A stretch of DNA of 64,000 bases. Source: a bacterium (GTDB taxonomy: Bacteria > Patescibacteriota > Patescibacteriia > JACQRZ01). Below, in pieces: positions 57,721 through 64,000 of the stretch. The first letter of the stretch is position 1. Each line of letters begins with the position of its first letter. A program made the translations under genes and the position numbers. Where the stretch lies: positions 1,062 through 65,061 of the forward strand of contig JAHFJA010000001.1 of the NCBI GenBank assembly GCA_023246095.1. Reading direction: 5' to 3'. The notes under the pieces are model-generated. The model was given only the letters and a program-made list of their open reading frames with translations. It did no database searches and had not been told where the DNA came from.

Positions 57721-58512
57721 ATGCCTCTTGTTTACGCGGCAATCCTACCTCACACTCCTCTCCTACTTCCAACCATTGGAAAAGATAAACGTGAGGAGAT
57801 GTCTCAAACTCTGGCGTCGCTCGCGACCATAAAGCAGCACATTGAAGAGCATTCTATCGATACTATCGTTATCCTCGCACCACACGCACCACACAACGAC
57901 AACGCATTTCAGCTACACCACAGCATGACGTATACCGCATCTTTCGAAGAATTCGGAGATATTGCGACAAAAAAGACATATAAACCAAACCATACCCTCA
58001 TCGATTATCTCAAACACCATTTCGATGGTTCCATTATCCCTTGGATCTATCACTCGGATGAACGGATTGAATATGCTGCATCAGTGCCTCTTATTACTCT
58101 GGGAATAGGGAGTGGCCTTCCTATTGTCATTATATATCCACCTATTTCAGCAAGCCTTTCTGATCTTGCTCGTGCAGGCGCAGGGCTGTATGATGCACTC
58201 GCAAGCCACCCAAAACGCATTGCTCTTCTTTCATCAGGGGATCTATCTCACGCGCTCTCAGAAGACGCTCCGGGGGGATATCACAAAGACGCAAAAAAAT
58301 TCGACAAACGTGTCATTTCGATGTTTGAAAAAAAAGATTCCGCAAAGCTATTAAAAACAACTCACGAAATGATCGATAATGTTAAAGTGTGCTCAATGCC
58401 CACGATAGCTGTATTGTCAGGCATCTTGAAGAATCTTTCTTATGAGCCGAAAATGCTTTCATATGAGGCCCCACTGGGAGTAGGCCACCTTATTATGGAG
58501 TATATCCTCTAA
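57721..58512 (+). CDS. Class III extradiol dioxygenase / MEMO-like (LigB superfamily) protein.
   Basis: AAILPHTP, ILAPHAPHND, SSGDLSHAL motifs. Confidence 0.5.
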   Translation: MPLVYAAILPHTPLLLPTIGKDKREEMSQTLASLATIKQHIEEHSIDTIVILAPHAPHNDNAFQLHHSMTYTASFEEFGDIATKKTYKPNHTLIDYLKHHFDGSIIPWIYHSDERIEYAASVPLITLGIGSGLPIVIIYPPISASLSDLARAGAGLYDALASHPKRIALLSSGDLSHALSEDAPGGYHKDAKKFDKRVISMFEKKDSAKLLKTTHEMIDNVKVCSMPTIAVLSGILKNLSYEPKMLSYEAPLGVGHLIMEYIL

Positions 58513-58515
58513 CAC

Positions 58516-60426
58516 ATGTTACTACGAATTACTGTCATTCCGTGTTTGAGACTTCCCAGACAGCTGGGTTTTTTTGACTATACATACGACCATGGCACAA
58601 CATGCCCCCTTTCCGTTGGTGAATTTGTTGACATCCCATTTCGCAATAAGACAGTCGTGGGTGTTGTGACACATATTTCTTCGGAAGGAATAACTGAAAA
58701 ACTAAAACCCATTGCGCGCCCAAGACCTGAGTTGGTGTCCCTTCCCAGCGAAGAAATTCAATACATCATTGCCATCGCTCGATGGTATTGCGTTTCCCCT
58801 GCCACCATCTTACGTATCGCCTATCCACTTACACTCACAAAACAATCAAAACGGAAAAGTATCGTTGCAACACAACCACCCCGTAAAGCACGTCGCCAAC
58901 TCCCTCTCAACACAACAATACACCCCACACTCTTTCATTATAAATCCCAAAATGACTGCGTTTCATATTACCGTTCCCTCACACAAGCATCTCGCAAAAA
59001 TAGTGAACAAATAATTATCGTCACCCCCAATGATGAGCGAACCGACTATCTTGCATCCCTTCTCCCAAAAACTAAAGATCTCATCATTTCTCGATCGAGT
59101 GATGGGGTACGAATAACAAAGGCAACTCGTGAAAGGGCACAAAATTCAAATTTCACTGTCCTTATTGGCACCCGTCAAGTGCTCACTATGCCTTATAAAA
59201 ATCTCAATACTATTATCGTTGACCAAAGCGATCATCGCAATCATAAATTACATGAAGGCTCGCCATTGATCGATTCCAATACGACAGCTTATCACAAAGC
59301 TTATTCGTACCGCGCACGTCTCATATATGCGTCGAATGCTCCGCGACTTGAAGAATATTCATATATCGCCTGTACTCACCCACAAAGTCCATACTCATTT
59401 TCTTCTACGCTAGTTTCTCTTCACGATGAATTTCGGGGAGGAAATACTACCCATATTTCTGATCGATTACGAGAAGAAATCACTGCATGTTTACAACGCA
59501 AAAAAGATGTGATCCTTTCACTCAACCACACAGGTATGAGCAAGTATATTTTGTGCAAAGGATGCAAAACGATATTTTCTTGTCCCACGTGCGCTGAGCC
59601 TCTGCGATATACCCAAAAAGGTCAATTACTTTCCTGCCCGACCTGTACATATACTCAATTACCCCCTGACCAGTGCCCTGTATGTCAAGATGTCAATTTT
59701 GTTTTCCCCGGCTTAGGAATTGAAAAAATTGCACAACAACTGGCGAAGGAATACTCAAACTTCCCTATAATTTTGGTCGATGCACAAAGCCCTACAATGC
59801 CACCTCCGACTGAAAGCCCCGCGATTATCATTGGAACATCCTACCTACCAAATCACTATCCCAACAGAGTATCCAACGCGGGGCTCATAGGTCTCATTGC
59901 GGTAGATCCCATTATTTCCATGGAGCAATTCCGCTCGCTCGAACACCAATGGCAAGACAATGCCTATCTCGTTTCTCTTGCATCCAACACAACCACCTGC
60001 ATAATCCAAGCATTCAATACAGACCATCCGTTTGTACAATCTCTCGCAACGTTTAATTATCATCGTTTTGCCGATACCGAATGTATGCTGCGCGCGCGTC
60101 ATTCCTTCCCTCCCGCCCGACGCCATATAGTATGTATATATAGAGGCCAACCAGGAAAAGAGCGAACAGAGATTGATTCGTTATTTAAAGCACTTAAAAA
60201 CACTATTGATTCTCCTCTCGACGCATCTACCTCAACCATTGACATTTCGCAAAAATTGCCTATAATAACGGTAATTAAGAAATCGCTGGTTCGCCCTCAC
60301 TCACAGATACTCATTAGTATTCCCGAAAAGTATAACCCGTCTCAAAACATGCCGGAAGCGATACATGAAATACTTATGAAATTATCGGTGGATTGGCTCA
60401 TTGACCCTGATCCCCGTATACTATAA
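58516..60426 (+). CDS. priA: PriA-like primosomal protein with degenerate helicase motifs (Walker A and DExH lost).
   Basis: N-terminal 3'BD-like (GEFVDIPFRNKTVVGVV). Walker-A position TLFHYKSQNDCVSYY. Motif II position IIVDQSDH. Cys4 cluster CKGCK...CPTC...CPTC...CPVC retained. Confidence 0.55.
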   Translation: MLLRITVIPCLRLPRQLGFFDYTYDHGTTCPLSVGEFVDIPFRNKTVVGVVTHISSEGITEKLKPIARPRPELVSLPSEEIQYIIAIARWYCVSPATILRIAYPLTLTKQSKRKSIVATQPPRKARRQLPLNTTIHPTLFHYKSQNDCVSYYRSLTQASRKNSEQIIIVTPNDERTDYLASLLPKTKDLIISRSSDGVRITKATRERAQNSNFTVLIGTRQVLTMPYKNLNTIIVDQSDHRNHKLHEGSPLIDSNTTAYHKAYSYRARLIYASNAPRLEEYSYIACTHPQSPYSFSSTLVSLHDEFRGGNTTHISDRLREEITACLQRKKDVILSLNHTGMSKYILCKGCKTIFSCPTCAEPLRYTQKGQLLSCPTCTYTQLPPDQCPVCQDVNFVFPGLGIEKIAQQLAKEYSNFPIILVDAQSPTMPPPTESPAIIIGTSYLPNHYPNRVSNAGLIGLIAVDPIISMEQFRSLEHQWQDNAYLVSLASNTTTCIIQAFNTDHPFVQSLATFNYHRFADTECMLRARHSFPPARRHIVCIYRGQPGKERTEIDSLFKALKNTIDSPLDASTSTIDISQKLPIITVIKKSLVRPHSQILISIPEKYNPSQNMPEAIHEILMKLSVDWLIDPDPRIL

Positions 60427-60444
60427 CTATATCCAATACACAAT

Positions 60445-60951
60445 ATGGCACGTCTCACTCTTGCGGCCGCGAACGATCCGGTCGTGCGAACCAAAACTCC
60501 CCTTATCGATATTGCAACGATTGCAGATCCTGATTTTCAAACTCTGATCGATAATATGATCCAAACGATGTACGAAACCAACGGCATCGGTCTTGCTGCT
60601 ACTCAAGTTGGCAAATCACTTCGACTTGCCACGCTGGTGCCTGACCCGGAACGCTTTGATTTTTATGATAAAGGATCTCGTGAAGCAATCGTTATTATCA
60701 ATCCTACTATTGATAGCCATTCTCTACGCACGTCGTCTTCTGAAGAAGGGTGCTTGTCAGTGCCCGGATATATGGGATTAGTAAAAAGATTTAGCGGTGT
60801 AACCGTCTCTTTTACTGACCGCACTGGTGCCCCCAAAACGATAAAGGCACGCGGATTACTCGCTCGCGTCTATCAACACGAGATTGATCATCTTGAAGGT
60901 ATTTTATTTGTCGATCGTGCTGAGAAGATATTCAAGATTCAACACATTTAA
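60445..60951 (+). CDS. def: Peptide deformylase.
   Basis: GIGLAATQVG, EGCLSVPG, HEIDHLEG motifs. Confidence 0.85.
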   Translation: MARLTLAAANDPVVRTKTPLIDIATIADPDFQTLIDNMIQTMYETNGIGLAATQVGKSLRLATLVPDPERFDFYDKGSREAIVIINPTIDSHSLRTSSSEEGCLSVPGYMGLVKRFSGVTVSFTDRTGAPKTIKARGLLARVYQHEIDHLEGILFVDRAEKIFKIQHI

Positions 60952-60955
60952 ACTT

Positions 60956-61897
60956 ATGCGCATTATATTTTTTGGTACCCCCGCCTACTCCGTTGGCTTT
61001 CTGTATAGCCTCATAGCAGCCGATATGTCACCTATAGCTGTCGTATCACAGCCAGATCGTCCTGTTGGCAGAGACAAAGAAGTCTTCCCTACTCCCGTAA
61101 AAGAATTAGCTGAAGCAAACAATATCCCTGTCCTTCAACCTGAAAATGTCAATAACCCAGAATGGATTTCAAAAATAAAAGCATTACAACCTGACCTTAT
61201 TGTCGTCGTTGCGTTTGGTCAAATTATTTCAAAAGAAATTATTGATATACCCAAATACGGATGCATCAATGTGCACCCATCAATGTTGCCATTACTCCGA
61301 GGCGCAACCCCTCTCCAAGGTGCAATTTTACAGGGACTTTCAGAGACTGGTATTACCATCATGCTCATGGATGAAAAGATGGATCACGGCCCTATCCTCG
61401 CCCAACTCCGTCTCCCTCTAGAGGAAGACGAGACATATGTTTCACTCGCAGAAAAAACAATTGACCTTGGACGAACTCTTCTGATTGATACGATTAAAAA
61501 ATGGGTGGCGGCCACGATCACTCCCCAAGTTCAAGACCACACAAAAGCGACATTTACAAAACTTTTAAAAAAGGACACAGGAAAAATTACTCCTGACATG
61601 TCAGTCATGCAAGCACAGCGTATGATTCGTGCGTTGCTTCCGTGGCCCGGAGTCTGGATGGAATATGAAAGGAAACGACTTAAAATTCTTTCGATCGGAC
61701 AAATTATCGCAAACTCAGACCAACTCGCTGGCACTCTGTTTTCCAACACATCGCTAGGAAATGCCGTATGGTATGCTGCGACCGACGGTGCGATAGAACT
61801 AATCTCCGTTCAACCTGAAGGGAAAAGCGTCATGTCAGGAGAAGAATTTGCTCGCGGATACATCCGTTCAAACACAAACGACGCAACTACAATATAA
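60956..61897 (+). CDS. fmt: Methionyl-tRNA formyltransferase.
   Basis: MRIIFFGTP start (ATG at 60956), NVHPSLLP, C-terminal domain. The listed ORF start at 60884 is an upstream out-of-context extension. Confidence 0.85.
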   Translation: MRIIFFGTPAYSVGFLYSLIAADMSPIAVVSQPDRPVGRDKEVFPTPVKELAEANNIPVLQPENVNNPEWISKIKALQPDLIVVVAFGQIISKEIIDIPKYGCINVHPSMLPLLRGATPLQGAILQGLSETGITIMLMDEKMDHGPILAQLRLPLEEDETYVSLAEKTIDLGRTLLIDTIKKWVAATITPQVQDHTKATFTKLLKKDTGKITPDMSVMQAQRMIRALLPWPGVWMEYERKRLKILSIGQIIANSDQLAGTLFSNTSLGNAVWYAATDGAIELISVQPEGKSVMSGEEFARGYIRSNTNDATTI

Positions 61898-63975
61898 GCA
61901 ATCCCGAGAGGATGATTCAAATATGGGGTAAAAAAATGAGTGACGATCACCGTAATTAGCCCCAACCACAAACCAACTGTCCATGCGTACGCCATACCGT
62001 TGTTATTTTTTTGTATATTCGAGATGGCACGCCAACCAATAAATAGTACGTATCCTAAAAAGGCTCCATAGAGTGCAAATCCCACGATACCCACCTTAAG
62101 TAGTATTTCTAAATATCCCCATTCAAACGCATACGTGGTGTATTCTCCCGTGGGGTTATTTTCTAGTATGCGAGGATCTTGTGAATTATACGTAAGAGTT
62201 TTGCCATACCCAAACCCTATAAGCGGGCTTTTTGTAATTTCATGCGCCATCACTGGCAACAGGCTCCATCGTGACCCCACAGCCGCTTCATTCGCAAATC
62301 GTCCAGAAACAGAGTTAAGACCAAGATCAGCACTTGTCGAAGGAAACGGAAAGCGTATGACGCTGATGATAATGAGAAGACTACACAGAACTATCAGTAC
62401 ACCTTTGCCAACCCAAGCACCATATCCCCTCACCATTGACCGGCGCAATCCCATCATGGCCAAAAATAAACCCGCAAATGCAAGCGCTACCCAAAAACTG
62501 CGCGACTGACCAACAATGATCCCCGCACACACAAATCCCCCTGCCCATATCGCTCGCCCTGTATATTTGGAAGCATACGACGGCTTTCCTTCTGACCCCC
62601 AACGGAGATACGCAAGAATCCCGAGAAAAAATGGCAAGAGATATATCTGACTTTGCAAAAACGTCCGATATACATTTTGACTCACCATTGTTACCTCGCC
62701 TACCCCTGTGTCACGAACCCATCGATACAGTGCAATCGTAATTTCATACCCAATACCTGGGTGCGACATAGCATAGATAAGAAAGAACGTCTTTGTGAGT
62801 TGAGCTGCAATCGCAACGCTCGTTAATCGCGCAACACGACTCAATACGCCTTTTTTTGAAAGTGCATCGTACACAATAGGCGCGATAAAAAAGTAATACC
62901 AGGCATTCGCATCTGCGAACACCAACCCAGGAGTATTTCTCATTAACCCATATACCGTGCCCGCGAGAATCAATGCACCCATAGCGGCATACCACCAACG
63001 AAATAATGAATGACGGATAACAAGAAAACCTTCCGGCAATAATGTTTTAGCGGAAATACCCGCCGCACAATACCGCAATACCCACGCGATGGCTAGAGCA
63101 GTAAAAATAATGATCCGAACGTTAATTTCATGACTGCCTATCACAAACGAGAACAGACCCCCTTTTGATCCGATAACCAATTCTGCTAATGCGATCATCA
63201 CCGCATATTCAAGTCGATACAACCCAAGTATAAAAGTCACTATTCCAATCACCCAAAACATCACATCATTTGCAGCGGGAGTAGACCATCCGACAAAGGA
63301 CAGAACTTCCACCGCCATAATTGTCAAAAATGACCACAGCCAGAATGGCAGATGGATACCTTTATTACTCTGTAATATCAGCTTTTGATTTTTTAGCCAA
63401 ACAAATAGCGTTCCTAACGGATACACTGCCAAAATGGCCAGCCACGCGAATATCCCCTTGTGCTTATAGATATATCGTCGACAACTTGCACTAAACATTC
63501 GATGCTTGGTCATTGATTCCGCTTGTGCAAAACTTGCGCCACCAACGTGAATAATTTCAGTAGTGGGAGTATACACTATTTGTATACCTGCATCAGCAAT
63601 CCGTTTGAGAAGATCTACCTCTTCAAACCATATAAAGAACTTTTCATCAAACAACCCTATCTGATCAAGCACTTTTTTTCGTATCATCATGCACGCACCC
63701 ATAATCTGCTGGACATCTTGCTCTTTTTTGTAGTCAAAATCAGCCGCAAGGTACTTACGGAATACCTTTAATTTTGGAAAAAGAAATTGCACTTTGAGCG
63801 ACGCCAGCCATTGCGATAAGAAATCAGGAAAGCGTCGAACCGAAGGTTGTAAACTCCCGTCCACATTCAAAATCTTCGGCCCAACAACCCCAACGTCAGA
63901 GTGGGTATCAAGATAATTGATCATTATGTCCAATGAGCCTTCTTTTACTTGCGCATCATCATTGAATACAAGCAC
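61810..63975 (-). CDS. GT2 glycosyltransferase domain fused to a large polytopic membrane domain (O-antigen ligase/Wzy-like); 5' end probably beyond the window edge.
   Basis: The N-terminal part matches only the C-terminal half of a GT2 fold, followed by 10+ TM helices. The ORF reaches within 25 nt of the window end. Confidence 0.5.
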   Translation of the reverse strand: MLVFNDDAQVKEGSLDIMINYLDTHSDVGVVGPKILNVDGSLQPSVRRFPDFLSQWLASLKVQFLFPKLKVFRKYLAADFDYKKEQDVQQIMGACMMIRKKVLDQIGLFDEKFFIWFEEVDLLKRIADAGIQIVYTPTTEIIHVGGASFAQAESMTKHRMFSASCRRYIYKHKGIFAWLAILAVYPLGTLFVWLKNQKLILQSNKGIHLPFWLWSFLTIMAVEVLSFVGWSTPAANDVMFWVIGIVTFILGLYRLEYAVMIALAELVIGSKGGLFSFVIGSHEINVRIIIFTALAIAWVLRYCAAGISAKTLLPEGFLVIRHSLFRWWYAAMGALILAGTVYGLMRNTPGLVFADANAWYYFFIAPIVYDALSKKGVLSRVARLTSVAIAAQLTKTFFLIYAMSHPGIGYEITIALYRWVRDTGVGEVTMVSQNVYRTFLQSQIYLLPFFLGILAYLRWGSEGKPSYASKYTGRAIWAGGFVCAGIIVGQSRSFWVALAFAGLFLAMMGLRRSMVRGYGAWVGKGVLIVLCSLLIIISVIRFPFPSTSADLGLNSVSGRFANEAAVGSRWSLLPVMAHEITKSPLIGFGYGKTLTYNSQDPRILENNPTGEYTTYAFEWGYLEILLKVGIVGFALYGAFLGYVLFIGWRAISNIQKNNNGMAYAWTVGLWLGLITVIVTHFFTPYLNHPLGIAYIVVASFVFERMYPRANSSPDMTLFPSG

Positions 63976-64000
63976 GTACTCTCCCTTTGCTTGTCGTATG

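Noticed and set aside
60884-60955. Upstream extension of the fmt ORF
   Set aside because: It overlaps the def 3' end. The conserved Fmt N-terminus begins at the ATG at 60956.

Overview
The window is low-GC with small housekeeping genes (360-aa dnaX, 137-aa tsaB, short hrcA) and many secreted or membrane hypotheticals. My reading is a Candidate-Phyla-Radiation/Patescibacteria-like bacterium; this is inference. Nearly all genes from 41 to 52506 are on the minus strand. The strand switches at the divergent mgtA/clpB junction.

Core content:
- heat-shock operon hrcA-grpE-hsp20-dnaK-dnaJ with a near-consensus CIRCE operator
- dnaX next to tRNA-Gln
- a dcw fragment (mraZ-rsmH-ftsL-like-ftsI-murF) next to tRNA-Glu
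- msrA, tsaB, a WecB/TagA glycosyltransferase, mgtA, clpB, def and fmt
- a PriA-like protein that has lost its helicase motifs

Accessory content:
1. Region 4432..11753 is a tRNA-Gln-abutting element with two nested pairs of long inverted repeats (145 bp perfect, ~124 bp near-perfect). It carries a large serine recombinase and an AT-rich cargo: two HEPN-like proteins, a Schlafen/AlbA_2-type ATPase regulator and a secreted S1 protease with thrombospondin-like Cys repeats.
2. Region 36167..40878 is a three-gene module bounded by imperfect ~45-bp direct repeats. It holds an RNase II/R-family (RNB) exoribonuclease and an SF2 DEAH helicase. Each carries tandem C-terminal dsRNA-binding domains. I regard this as the most likely undescribed system, possibly dsRNA surveillance or defence.

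Smaller items: a Hint-domain secreted protein, a TraG/VirD4-like ATPase cluster, two paralogous HExxH membrane proteins, a 5'-truncated GT2 remnant, a likely frameshifted thermonuclease and a MEMO-like/CapA fusion.

All domain calls rest on motifs read by eye; no database searches were run.
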